A stretch of DNA of 64,000 nucleotides from Octopus vulgaris (GCA_951406725.2 OX597831.1:34720001-34784000), one strand, 5' to 3'. Shown: positions 14,050-27,785, counted from the first letter of the stretch. The notes: generated by a model from the letters alone, not told the origin. Numbers and translations are program-made.

Positions 14050-16456
14050 TAGAAAGACAATTTATCAAGTTGGAACTGAATATTGCAGACAGACAGATAA
14101 GCAATTCCAATGATGGAATAATATTACAATCTGCCCTTGAATAATTCATAACTTCTGAGATACTGATCAAATTAGATATGCTCGTAAGAAGCAGGAATAT
14201 AAATAACATAAATCAAAGCTAAAAATACAAAACTACAGAAATAAATAAAAACAAGAACATCTTTTCCATGTAAGATACTGCTAAAAAAAAAAAATCTCGT
14301 CCGTCTTGTTGCAATTGTCTGATCAAAAGTGGATGGAGAAGGAACGAACACCAAACCAAGCTCTTGTATGAATGAAGAGCATCACTGAAGACTTCACAAT
14401 GCCCAACCAATTGTTTAGGTTTCAGATCTAGTTGTTCTTGTTGTCATTATTGTGGCTTGTGATGGATAACAAAAAGCATAATAAAATTTATGCATAAGAA
14501 TCTATCTGGATGTATATATGACTATGTGACACATGTATCAAATAAAAGCCTACATACCACACACACACACACACACACATGCATATCACATAGCACATTT
14601 ATACAGATGCATATTATACACTTTAAACACGAATTTGTGATCAAATATTAAGGAATCCACTAACAAGAATTAGTTTCTTTTGGAATGGTCAAATCAAAAG
14701 CCAAAGCTGTTAAAGTCATGTATTGAACTCCTAACCAATATATAACAAATGCTCTACATTTGTATAAATAATTAAAACTGCCAGTCACATGCACAAGTTT
14801 TTGGGGCAAGTTGTTATTTTTTCTATAAATTTCAATTAAAATATATAGGCAAACACAGTTGATTCTATCTCCACAGGATTACAGTTGATTTTACCCCTTC
14901 TCATACATTCTGTAGTTGGTTGTGCTTCCACTACAGTGAGATAGAAGTTCGCAGTTTACGGCTATTTGATCCTTGCTCCTACACCTATGCTAAGCAAATT
15001 ACAAATCTTGACAGTATTACGCACATGCACACCGTACACGCAAGCAACAAGAGATATTCTTTAGAATAACTGCATTAAGCACACACTTGGCAAATGTAAG
15101 ACAAGCATTAAGGCCTAACTAGAATTTCCCCAAAGTTTCATATAACACATAAAACATTTTCCCAACATGGTACAAATGTAGACATTATAAAAGAAAGTTC
15201 ACAACATTGCCATTATTATATTGCATTTGTATCATATTTCAACAGTAACATGTTGCTTTTGACCTACTGGCTGGGGAATCTAATGTAAATACTATAAAAT
15301 CTCATATAATTCCAAAGAAGGTTGTATTGCATGTCCCTGAAAATGCACAAAAAATTGATAAATATACAATATATATATATGAACATTTAAATTAAGAGGT
15401 TTGTAGGAAAATGCTTTGAATGTTTATAAAAGAAATTTCACACTTTATTTATTTATTTATTTTTTTGTGCTATTTACATACATTTAAAGGAAAAAAATAC
15501 TAGGCAAATACAGATTGATTATAAAAATATACAAAGGGTATCTAGCCATAGAAACTATGCCAAAACTGACACTGGGGCTCAGTGCCAGATCCTGCCTAAA
15601 TATTCAACTGATACCAGCATGGAAAATGGATGTTAAATAATGATGGTCTGAATGAGGGTGAAAGATATCTAATATTGGAAGATCAAGCTACACAAAAGAT
15701 TATGTACAGAGTTTTATACACCAAAATGTGATGATGTTCTGTCAGATTTGTCCTAACAATGCCACAACTGATGTGAAAACAAACATCAGATCGCTACTGA
15801 TGACAATAACAACAATCCAATCATTCCACAGAATGTTTTTTGATTACATTATAACTCCCTAGATTGAGAACAAAGAGTGGAAGAAAGATCAGATGTGTTA
15901 TGTCCAAAAGGAATTGGTGGTGTAAGCAATGTTGAATACAACCAGCAATTGAAACCAAACTGCAAACTGTGCTTAAAGAACAGACACCCTTCAATATGTG
16001 ATTTGCAGGTGAGAAAGTTTAATTAATAATCAATCCAAGTGCATGACTGAGTTAAACATAAAGGGATGTAACGCAATGCTGTAAGGAATTCAATCCAGTA
16101 TTCTATCATTTTCTGACACTCCACAGATGAAATTTATGATTTATAATTTTTTTTTCCATTTTGGCACAAAGCCAGTAAATAACAATGGTTTCTAATTTGG
16201 GCCACAAATCATCAAGCTTAAGATCTAGGGTTTATGAACGGGAGCATATTCTTCTGTCATTTCCCAACAGGAACTATCCCTGATGCCAAACTATCCAACT
16301 GGAAAATTTAAAATTCCTTTTCCCTACGTATCTGCCAGAGGCAAGGCTGTTTAACAAATTTGCTTCCCAGTCAAATGGTTTCAGGCTCAGTCCCACTTCA
16401 CAGTACCTTGTGAGGGAATAGGACAGATGAAAACTAAAAGAAACCCCTTGTGTGTA

Positions 16457-16509
<53 letters not shown>

Positions 16510-17534
16510 GAATATTCACAATCTATGCCGAACTCCAGCTCCATTGTGTAATATTACCATTTGTGAATGGACTGCAACAAGTAATATTTGTTGACATATC
16601 CTGTTAACAAATTGCCCAATGGCTCTACACTTGCAAATTACTCAAGGGAGGGATGGGGGCAAAATACACATACTTGAAAAGTAACTGTCTTTGAAAGCAG
16701 GTAAGGAGCAATAACAGAAAATAAAAATTCCTGCCTAAATTTCCTCCTGTATGTCAAAGATCTGTCCAAACTATTAGCAGCCATTTGTAGTAGATTGGAC
16801 GACCAAGTAGGAGCTACCTTAGCCAGTCAGTTTTCTCACATTAAGGATGTTTAAATTAGTGCAGTGGTAGGGGTCTATACAAAGGAAACCATACAGTAAA
16901 GAGTTATAATGATCTTGGCTATTTAGCTTTCCAAACCCTACCAGCTCAACACATCACACTACACAATCCAGCAAGGCGGCAAAATCCACATGTCCTCATG
17001 TGGGCTTGAATTCAGTTTAGGTTTCTAACTGTGGTATGATCTTAGCTTAACGCTAGTTTATCAAATACTATGCATTATCTATAATCTGTCTACTTAATTA
17101 TCCAAATCAGTTCTAAAATCCCTGCTATAAAAAGACTACGATTCTTTAGTCCAAATTTCAAAAGTACAATCTATGTTACAGCTGAGTTATTGAAAACCTA
17201 AATTGATATCTTCACATAATTTTGATTTCACAACAAGGTCAGAGAATAAAGATTAAAAAAAAAAACTGAAAAAAGAAAATCCATTTGCTGGAATTTTAAT
17301 CCATTTTTGTTCATTTAAATGATTTTTGTTTAATTGTTATTCATAAAATGATTTAAGGATTAAACTTATTTTTTCATGCTCTCTCTCCTCTTATTTTTCC
17401 ATAATTCCCAATAGAAATATTTTAAAACTGATACTAACGAAGTCTCTGGTTTACTGAAGGTAATTTTATACCACTGTCTCTCTCCTAACCTGTGCTTTGT
17501 TAAAAGAAAACATCAACAATATTATTATTATTAT

Positions 17535-17887
17535 CGTGGCCGATGCCAGCGCCACCTCGACTGGCTTCTGTGTCGGTGGCACGTAAAAAGCACCATCCAA
17601 ATCGTGGTCGAAGCCAGTGCCGCCTCGACTGGCTTCCGTGCAGGTGGCACGTAAAATGCACCAATCCGACTGTGGCCGATGCCAGCCTTGCCTGGCACCA
17701 GTGCAGGTGGCACGTAAAAAGCACCCACTACACTCACGGAGTGGTTGGCGTTAGGAAGGGCATCCAGCTGTAGAAACATTGCCAGATAAGACCGGAGCCT
17801 GGTGCAGCCTTCTGGCTTCCCAGATCCCCGGTCGAACCATCCAACCCATGCTAGCATGGAGAACGGACATTAAACGATGATGATGAT
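17535..17887 (+). mobile_element. RTE-type LINE 3' UTR/tail with three tandem ~63-68-bp units
   Basis: ggcacgtaaaa at 17578, 17646 and 17709, followed by the shared tail ending in (gat)n. Closely similar to 5742-6068 and 40630-40842. Confidence 0.85.
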
Positions 17888-17909
17888 CATCATCATCATT
17901 ATTATCTAT

Positions 17910-18358
17910 TGGAGACAGCAAGCTGGCAGAATCGTCAAACAAAATGCTTAGTGGCATTTCTTCCAACTGTACATTGGACTAAAATTCCAATGAGGTTGAC
18001 TTTGCCTTTCATCTTTTCAGGGTTGACAAAATGAGTACCAGTTGAGCACAGATTGATGCAATCAACTTCTACCTTCCCCTTGCTAGCCTTGTACCAAAAT
18101 ATGAATTTATTATTATTATTATTATTATTAATGTGGTGAGCTGGCAGAATCGTTAGCATGCCAGATGGAATGCTTAGCAACATTTTGTCTGTCTTTACGT
18201 TAAGTTCAAATTCTGCAGAGGTCGACTTTGCCTTTCATCCTTTTGGGATCAATAAAATAAGTACCAGTTGAACACTGGGGATCAATGTAATCAACTTATC
18301 CCCCTTCCCCAAAATTGCTGCCCTTGTGGCAAAATTTGAAATCATTATTATTATTATT
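17910..18358 (+). mobile_element. Two tandem family A SINEs
   Basis: Head gtggtgagctggcagaatcgttagc (A-box-like, 18133), B-box-like agttcaaattc, body gtcgactttgcctttcatcc..aagtaccag and an (att)n tail. Confidence 0.85.
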
Positions 18359-18568
18359 GGAGTAAGTAATTAAATGAGCCATACTAAATGACTTATTCAA
18401 CAGCTCTATTCCAAAGAGGATTAAACCTTTTATTACTATTTTTCTGTTGAAATCCAATGCCTTTATAATAAAATTATAAAATGAATAATAACTTATTATT
18501 TAGTTGATGTTTCGACTATAAATTAACGTGAAATTTTGCTAGAAAAGTTCTAATACAGATTGCTTTAA

Positions 18569-18789
18569 CCCTTTCGTTACTGTATTTATTTTGAGATGCT
18601 CTGGGTTTCTTTCAATTATTTTAAATATAACAAAGAATTTAGTAAAATAACTTAGTTATCATTAAGCTAGTGTTAGGAACATAAATTGCAACTAAGGTTT
18701 GGTGGAAGATTTTAATGAAAAACCTATGAAAACAAGACATTAATACTACAGAGCCAGAGCCGGTTTTGGCCGGGTTGGTAATGAAAGGG
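18569..18789. mobile_element. piggyBac-type MITE nested in an older related MITE (~18421-18856)
   Basis: TTAA at 18565-68 and 18790-93, with TIRs ccctttcgttac / gtaatgaaaggg. The outer copy begins ttaaaccttttattac and ends gtatcaaaagggttga. Confidence 0.85.
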
Positions 18790-21491
18790 TTAAATCAAAA
18801 AATTTGTATCACAGAACCAGGAGCAGCCGTTGGCAGTTTTGTATCAAAAGGGTTGAGGTAGCCTTGTATCTCTCTGAACTCCATAAAATAAACAAAACTA
18901 ATAAATATAATGCTAGCTATTTAATCAAGTACACATCTTTGCAGGGCATATCTGGATCTGTGGATCATACCTAGCCAATGAGCTAACCATCTTATGTGCA
19001 TCTAAAGTCTGTTTTGTTTAGTAAAATGGCTACATACCATTTTATCAGCCCAAGCTCATAATCCAATCCAATTTCATTTAACAATTACAACAGTAAAACT
19101 GCTTTCACTTATATAACAAACATCCTTTGGAAAAGCATGAATATCACAGATAACCATTTTTTTCTGTGTGTACAAAACTCAACCCTTGATGCCAACAATA
19201 ATCGGCACCAAGTAAACAAAAGAGGGAGGGTAGAAAGGTTGAGAGAATAAAAACGAGACAGAAAAAGCAATACAAAAACAGAGACAAGTCTTCCTGTAAA
19301 ATAAATAGTAATTAATAGAATATAATTAAGAGGATGAATTTTTTTTTTGTTTTTTATGGTATGTGAAGGTCAGTATAAGAAACAAGTTAAATTGCAATTG
19401 GTAGGAGGGCAGAAGAGGGTGATAAAATAAACCAATTTTCCTGTGATCTAGAGTAAAAGTTATCCAATTCCTAATGGAGAGATGAGATTATTATTATTAT
19501 TATTATTAAGACACAACACACAAACAGAGATGCTTTTGAAAGGAAAGCTATTATTTTATACATATCTTATAGCCTAAAGATAGCAGTAAAATGTTATTGT
19601 TGAGTAGTCTTCATTAAAATCTCCAGTTTCTAACAAGATTGGGAGATTTATGTAGAGAAAGCACTGCAAGATTTTAATAGTTAAATAAAAGCACTGACAC
19701 AATCTTAATATGTAGACAGTTTGGTAATTTGGATGGAGGAACTTAGTGTCCCAGTGAGAGCAATCCTACCTCAGATGTGTTACCCTACATTTTAGGGCTT
19801 GAATAGTAAATTCTCAGTTTAAAGACAAAGGGAGAATACTTGAATGATACATTGTGCAAGTTAAAGTATTGCCAAAGACTAAGCAAGGAGTAATACATTA
19901 CTGAGTATAAGTGAATAATAATAATTAAAAAAAAAACGAAGATAATTCTAACAGTAAGAAATTTCATTATTGAAGAGTAGGTACAGTTAACCATTTTCAA
20001 GAAGTGGGCTGAATAAGACATGGTTCATCATTAGGTGGGCCACACTACTAAAAAAAATCTTAAGGTAATTTTTTTTTTATATTAAGCATGTTATTCAGAA
20101 AGTCACATGGGCCACAGGCTGTCCATCACTGTTCTAGAGTTTCCACTCCCTTATGAATAAATATTCCATAAACTTGCAAAAAAAAAAAAAAAAAAAAAAC
20201 ATTTGTCAAACACAGTTACATTATAATGAACTGTTGTTCTGCTTGTAAAGTGTTTAAATGGTCAGGTGGTTAGTTATAGGGCTCATGCCGAAATATTCAA
20301 TACATTCCTTGTGTGAGAGCTGTTCCAGGCCCAGAGCATACGCTTAAGTCTTGCTCTCATTTTACTTGGGTGTTGTAGTGTGATCATTCCACATTTTATT
20401 GAGACATAGTATACCTCAGATTACATTACCCAGTATATTCTTTCTTTTTAGATAGTAGGCAGTGACCTATAGAAATTTGGTAGCTATTTCTAGCAGTTCA
20501 AGCAACAACAAAGAAGATACCCTAGTTGACTAGTATTTGTGGAAATTTGCAAGGATTCAGTTGGCTTTATGTATTATTGGAAGAAATATCACCATCATAA
20601 TTTGACCATCCAATTTTACACACAAGTTTGTAATAAAGCACCTTTCCATATAACATGATCCATAGTCATTTCACCCGTTGGGCAGAAGTCAACCTTACTT
20701 TGAACTACCACCAAGTTGGCTAGCCTGTACTGCATTACACTTTTAGCTGGCCTCTACTGTCCATTGATATTGCATAACCAGAATGAAATTTAGAAATGTA
20801 AAAGCTTGATTTTCTTGACAAAACGCAAAAGTACATTTTCTTCCTTACAGTATCTAAATTATTGCTGAATTTCTTTACACAGACGATAACCTATCAGTTA
20901 AACAGAAAAACACAACAGAAAGTAACGTTAAAATAAGAATACCATAACAAACAACATGATTAAAGACAAAGTTCCTTCAGAACCAAGAGAATTATAACAA
21001 TTATCTAACATTTAAAAAAGAAAGCCACATAAAAAGGAAAGAAAGCATTTGGTAACTTCTGTTTGCCTATAAAGTTGATGATCAATTACATGTAACAAAT
21101 TATTATCATTATCATCTTTTGTTATCATGGCATAGAAAATAAGTCATCATCATCATCATCATTATTATTGCTATGACTACGACTACATTACTGTTGTTAA
21201 TACAGCTAAAGAGGCATTCTTATTTGATTCAAAAAAGCTACATTCCTTGCACATCGAATCCACAAACCAGTTTTAACTCCCAGTTGGAACCAGGCAAGGC
21301 CCGGATTTGTAGGTGATACAGAGGTAGTGGATGTTTGCAACATTCAAGCCTTTCTCTAGGACATGCATGCAAATGCAAGAGGGGGAAAAATGAAAGGTTC
21401 CAACAGTGGATTTAAATCAGTTTGTGGAGCTGGTGCAACAAGAACTTAAGGAATTTATTTTTGTAACTATAAATATGTGTGTATATGTATG

Positions 21492-21535
<44 letters not shown>

Positions 21536-21919
21536 CTTTTTTTAATAACATACATCAATTATTTTTTAACGATATTCATTTTAGTTTTGTTCAGCATCTT
21601 ATGCAATACTTCCTTTCGTTCTTTTGTTTGCTATCATTATGACCTCTACTTCTTACAATGTCTTCAAGATGGAAATTTAATTAGAAGAATTAAGACATGA
21701 TGGACTGTAGACGAAAGGGTTCTTATGCAATTAGTAGGGACCAGATTTGAAAGGGATTTATGTTATATAAAGGAGATGAATTGCCAGAAGTAATAGATAA
21801 AAAGAAAATGGGTGGAGGGATAGAAAATTTTTTCTCGCACACAAGTTGAAATAATTTGAAATGCATCGTCAAAAATGGAAGGATGAGATATGTAATGATT
21901 TCCAATATTGCAAAATAAC

Positions 21920-22212
21920 AAGGTTTCAAATTCTGGCACACGGCTAGTAATTTTAAAGATGAGGTAGGTTGATTACTTTGATCCCAATGTTCAAATGGTA
22001 CCTACTTTATTGATTGCAAAAGGATGAAAAACAAATGACCCCAGTGTCCAACTGATACATGTTGATCCTGAAAGGCTGAAAGACAAATTCAACCTTGGCA
22101 TTCAAGTCAGAATGTAAAGAGCCGGAAGAAATGCTGCTAAACATTTTGCCCAGTACGACAACAACTCTGTCAGCTGGCTGCCACGATAATAACAGTAACA
22201 ATAATAATAATG
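21920..22212 (-). mobile_element. Family A SINE(s)
   Basis: Same body and head motifs in reverse orientation. Further copies lie near 9470-9592, 9730-10160, 36680-36862, 42615-42760, 43190-43335 and 60520-60700. Confidence 0.7.
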
Positions 22213-23715
22213 ATGAGGAGGAGGAGGAGGATGAAATACATAAGAGTTTAATAAACTAATACTTTGGTACAACATAGTCATAAGTAACCACAATAATCAT
22301 AAATATTCATTAAAAAAAAAATACAAAATTTTTCAAAAAAAAAAAAAGAAAGAAACATACAATTAATAAATAAAACAATGTAACAAAACAGTTGATAACT
22401 GAATGAAACAACATGCTGCTAGTTTAGTCTAGAGACATTTAGTTTCTTTTTTTTTTTATGTTTTCTCGGGTTATACTACAGCTATATCAATCGTTAGTGG
22501 GTTTAATCTAGCCTCTGAGAGGGGAGGTAAGCTACTGGCTGAAACATGGAATACAGAAGCAAGAGTTGAGACAAAATATAATACTAGCAGATTCTTTCAC
22601 TAGTCGTTAGGAGGGCATTAGAGATATATTAGTAAATAAATAGACATACATATGTCATATATATGTATATGTATATATATACATACATCACATGTAAAGT
22701 TTCATGGAAAATGCAACACAACAACCATACACAGAGAGAGCCTAGATCAAAACAGAACATTATCAAAAAAATTAACATAATAACATAAAAAAAAAACTAA
22801 CATGCCATTAACAATTTGATTTGCATTAGTATATAAATTTTACATAAGTTTTTGTGGGTGTGAATGTATGTTCTATATAAGAAAGTATATTTATTAATAT
22901 ATATTTCATTTTTCTATTTGTTTTGGAAGATTCTTGATGTAAAATCAAGGGTCAAAACCTGTATCTTAGGCGGGTAATTTTGCCAATACGAAACACACAC
23001 AAGTTTAGGGTAATGCAGGCATGTCCTTGAGGAGGTTGAGAATGGACCTGGTGATTGATTGATCAATTGACCAAATGATTAATCAAACAAACTGGTTAAC
23101 TAGCTAACTAATAAAAGTATAAAAAAAGTGAACTAGAAACAGTGTATGTGTTTCTTATTGGCAAAATGACCCTATCAAGATACGACAACCAATGTACCAA
23201 TGTCTATTTAGCCTTTATTGAAAGTAAAATTGAGACTGGCCCATCAGAGACAAGAAATAAAGTGCAGTCTAGCAAAATCTAGAAATTTCAATGTAGCTGA
23301 GTTCAGTTATATAATTTCCATTATATGGGGTGTACCTGCCTATCAATTTCAAGGGTATATATTCAATTGTTATATCAACTGAATTACCTGCTCACCGAAG
23401 TAGTGCATAGTGACTGAGCATTCCACAGGCATGCTCACCCATAAAGTAATTCTCAGACAAAATGAGCACAACACAGCGTGTGACAAAGCTGTCCATTTGA
23501 ATTACATACAGAAACAATTCATCCGACAGGCTCCCATACAATTTCCATATATCCACTTTCCCTCACAAGGCATGGGCTCGACCCATGGGTATAGAAAACG
23601 ACATGAAGTAGGATTAAAACCAGATTATTGTGGGTGTGAAGCAAACTTCATAACTATTCAGTCACACTGCACTTATGACACACATATATATATATATATC
23701 ATAATAATAATACAA

Positions 23716-23754
<39 letters not shown>

Positions 23755-24657
23755 CACACACAATCTGCTTTAATGACAAGTCATATTCTGATGGAAATAA
23801 TATACTCCACTTTAAAAGAAAACATTCTTTGACTAGACAACTGGGCCAAACTATAAAAAATAACCTCCAAAAATCAATGACCTAAAAAAATATATTAAAA
23901 AAGTACTTTCAATGTTATGCAATGTGTGTCATAACTGTTCACGCATATTTCTGTCTAATTAGTTCTTGATTAAAGCTATAGAGAGAGCAGATCAGCAAAG
24001 ATAAAGGTGTAACAATAAAGTAACAACAAAACAGAAGTCATATAGCACCAAATGCTCCTATTCCCTTGATATCTTGAACCAAGCTTAATCTTATATCTTA
24101 TACACTAATAAATTTATCTGAAGCTGATACTTCATTTGGTTACCACTCTGAGTTTACCAGGCTGCTATCATACTTACCCAAGCTGTTGGCTCCTGGTATA
24201 TGTTACAGACAGGAAAACTCAACAGTAGCAAGGAAGTAAATCTGAGCTTTGAATAAATGGAAGAACCCCACTACATGGATTTTCTTTTTCTTTACTGTTT
24301 AACCTCCTTTATACCACCCAATGTATATTTAACTATATATGTGTGTGTCCCTGCACATTTTCAAATGAAAAAACATGAACAGATGAATACATGATGAGCA
24401 GAGCAATTAAATAGATAAATGTTTGAAGAATTTTGTTAGTATTTTGGCAACCAGTTGAGTCTTGGTTTAGATTAAGTTGGTTGTCAATCATAGAGATGTG
24501 CTTATGTATAATTTTGCTTATATATTATCACACCGTTTCTCTTTCTTCAAATGTTTGAATTGTACACAAGGTGAAACTCAGAGTAATTATTTATAAAGCT
24601 TCAAAATCTAATAAAATGTGCAAGCTATGTATTGAGTACATTTTCCCTTCTTAATTT

Positions 24658-25878
24658 CATCATCATAATCATCTAACATCTGTTGTCCATGGTGGCATGA
24701 GTTGGACAGTTTGACCAAAGCTAACAAGCTGGGGAGCTGCACCAGAGTCCAGCCTGATTTGTCATGGTTTGTACAGCTGAATGACCTTCTTAATGCCAAC
24801 CACTTTACAAAGTGTGCTGGGTGCTTTTACGTAGTACCACATGGGCGCTTTCATATGATACTGTCACAAGTGCTTTTAATGTGGCACCGGCCCAGGACTC
24901 TTGCAGGTCAATGCCCCAACCAGGAGGACCAGTCTTAACACTTCTGCTGTGGATTACAGGTCCTCTTGAATACAGCAAAGTGCCAGGCATCTCAGTCCTT
25001 TGCCATCTCGCCTGCGAGGTTCAGTATCCAGCATTCTTCATCAATTTGTTCTGTTTTCCTGGGTCTCTTACTTCCATGTGTTTCATCTACTTTGAGAGAC
25101 TGGCACTTCTTTATGGAGCTGTCAGCATCCATCCACATCACATGACCTCACCACTGCAATCTTCTCTTGCACACAGTTACAGTTTCTTCTTATGCCTAAC
25201 TTCCCTCTCTCAAAGTACCAGCACTGTTGAACATGTACGCTTACATTACACTTCCAGTGGAGCATACTAGCCTTCTTTCTAAACTTTGCATATCCTCTGC
25301 ATTCAGGGCCCACCATGTAGAATTGCTGTCTGTATACATGCATCATACAATCTTCCTTTCACTTGGAGAGAGAAACCTTTCGTAGCCAACAGAGGTAACA
25401 GCTCTCTAAATTTCCTCCATCCTATTCTTATTCTAGCTATCACACTCTCCATGCAAAATACTAATTTGGTCCCTTAGGTAGCAGAAATTACTACTACATC
25501 AAATGTGCCATCAGGGCAGTTGAGAGAATCAATTCCCCGAGTCTCTATGATTTTTATGTATCCTGTGCATCTTCTACATATGAACAATTACCTTCTCTGA
25601 TAATCTTCCTATTAATCCACTCCATGTCTTGTGTGTCCATAGCTTACACTGGGTAAACCACATGGAGTTCCTGCCTACACCTTTCCTACAAATCGAATAG
25701 GGCCACCTACCTGAAAGGGGTTAAAGTCCTGTTGGTTTTCTTGCTTAGTAGGACTTTAGTCCTTGCTAAGTTAACCTTAAAGCCCTTAAATTCCAGGTTT
25801 TGCTTCCACACCTGGAATTTCTCTTCTAGCTCTGATAACGAATCTGCTATGAGGTCAAGAACATCAGCATACAAACAT
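24658..25878 (-). mobile_element. 5'-truncated, decayed RTE-X/RTE-clade LINE (RT C-terminus, PHD-like finger, 3' UTR)
   Basis: LYADVLDLIADSLSELEEKFQVWKQNLEFKGFKVNLARTKVL is a degenerate YADD region. After a frameshift comes WPYSICRKGVGRNSMWFTQCKLWTHK..CRRCTG, then RIGWRKFRELLPLLATKGFSLQVKGRLYDACI. It ends in the same 3' UTR and (GAT)n tail as the tail copies at 5742, 17535 and 40630. Confidence 0.85.
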
Positions 25879-25888
25879 TCTCCAATCC

Positions 25889-26284
25889 ATATATATAATA
25901 ATAATAATACGCTCGCTCTGATACCATGAGTTGAGGTGATGTCTTCTAGTGCCTTCAAATTTAATACACAATTATTAATAATTGAGACGCAATTAATTAT
26001 AATTTAAGAGTCCTACGCTGAAGAGGAAAATAGTTGGGTAAGACATAATTATTTAATTTTTATGCTTTCCTATGACTTAATTCCGAAACGTACGTCCGTA
26101 GGTGACTTAATATAGAATGATTGTCGTCATTTCTTTCTCTTTTGCCTGCATTGTTTGCCTTTTAAGTGCTGTGGTTTTACTGGGATCTCCCTTTTAAGTA
26201 GAAAGAATAGCCAAAACTCTTTGACTGCTATTTCTAAATTCGGTGTGTGGTGAGGCAAATCGTTGCTAAACCCTTAATTACTTA

Positions 26285-26290
<6 letters not shown>
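25889..26290 (+). mobile_element. Penelope-like terminal-repeat (pLTR-like) fragment carrying the hammerhead
   Basis: A ~400-bp block with retained CpGs, bounded by TA/TAA runs (25889-25908 and (TA)n at 26288-26335), containing the hammerhead. No RT or GIY-YIG ORF is visible, so the class is inferred from the ribozyme type. Confidence 0.5.
26012..26102 (+). ncRNA. Type I hammerhead ribozyme motif (Penelope-type, palindromic stem III)
   Basis: Stem I cctacg (26012-17) pairs with cgtagg (26097-102). Core CTGAAGA is at 26018-24. Stem II ggaa...ttcc has a long imperfect extension. GAAA is at 26085-88, followed by C-GTAC-G and TC, so stem III is the palindrome ACGTACGT and the cleavage triplet GUC ends at 26096. 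Confidence 0.8.
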
Positions 26291-26336
<46 letters not shown>

Positions 26337-27785
26337 TTCCAACATTTAATATTTACTTTGCTGAACTTACTTTGAGATAGAAGCTAACTACCTACCACTT
26401 ATCCCAACAACAAAACAGTGAACACCTCAAAACTAAATAACCACTCCTCTTATGCACCACCCAACATGTTCATGAGAAGAATGAATTTATTTTCTTAAAT
26501 ACACAAAAATGGCAAGTAGATGAAAGTAGAAGGCAATGATTTAAGCCTCACCCATACTCCCCCAGTGTGATTTGAAAAATAATAAACTTATGCAAATTCT
26601 GATCTGAAAACGATAAGCAAACACTTCACATGAAGTGCTGATAATTGAAGATGATTTTCCCCTGTTCTGCACAGGAATTTTAAGAAACAATTTTTACGTT
26701 ACAGTTTTTTTTTTTTTCTTCCTTGACTTATATACTCACATGGACACACATTTTAACACTTTTTGTTACTAAGTTTCTACTGAAATACACCACTTTTGTT
26801 TCAATTCCTTTTGAAAAATTACAAATTTAGTGCTGATGAATTTTGATCAAAGATTTCAATTGAAACCACTTCAAACAGGAAATTTGTAACACTGAACTGA
26901 GACGTGGGGGTGGGGGAGTCTCTAGTGGGTTAGAGAAAGGAAGGTGTGTAGTCAACTAAAACGAGCCCAAGATTTGATGGGTAATTTTTTTCTTTTCATT
27001 TATTGAGGATCAAAACAAAGACAACCTTATCAAAATCGGAACCCAATATAATGAGAAACAACTAATATTGCAAAATGGACCAGGAGTCTGTATGCTTTCC
27101 ACTCTCCATGCTGTTGATATTTATCCAAGTGAACGGCTGCCAACTTGGGGCAATACAGCTTGGCACCGGTTTTGGTGCAGGTGCTGCAGTCAGAATGCAG
27201 AGAGCTTGAACAGATATCACAAAAGAATCTTGCCTCACCCTCTAATATTTCCATTTAGGCCAATCCACCACCTGAATCAGTAATGTTTGTCATCTCTGAA
27301 AGGATGAAAAGCAAAGCTGACCATGGCAGGATTTGACCCAGAATGAATAGTGAGGCGATCTATCTAGTGCCCTAATAAATCATATCATCATCATCATTAA
27401 ACAGCAAATATTCTGCTCAATACCACAGATTTGTTTGTCAGTTGCTTGACCCTAACCAGTTAAGCAAATCCCTTAGTAGCTGGTGATATGTGCATCTCTG
27501 ATCACAAGCAGAAGTAGGGGTGGAGCATCATAGCCATGTGTTGAGAGGAATTCCTTGGGGTTTGAATAAATCATCTCTGGAAATGTGGAGGTTTCATTCC
27601 ACATCCTTAAACAACCCTTATTCAGGGATCTTTTGAGCAAGATGGGCTACTTGACCTGAAGAAAATTCTAGCTGCAAGATTATGAACTGTTTATCTTGAT
27701 ATGAAATCACCATGTCACGCACATATGGTTGTGATGCATGTACTTGGTGTACCCTTATCAGATAGTCATGATGGGTGTAATGGGC

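Noticed and set aside
17500-17966. Mutually similar ORFs (also 5717-6022 and 40614-40898) suggesting a gene family
   Set aside because: They are antisense read-throughs of the same RTE 3' UTR repeat.
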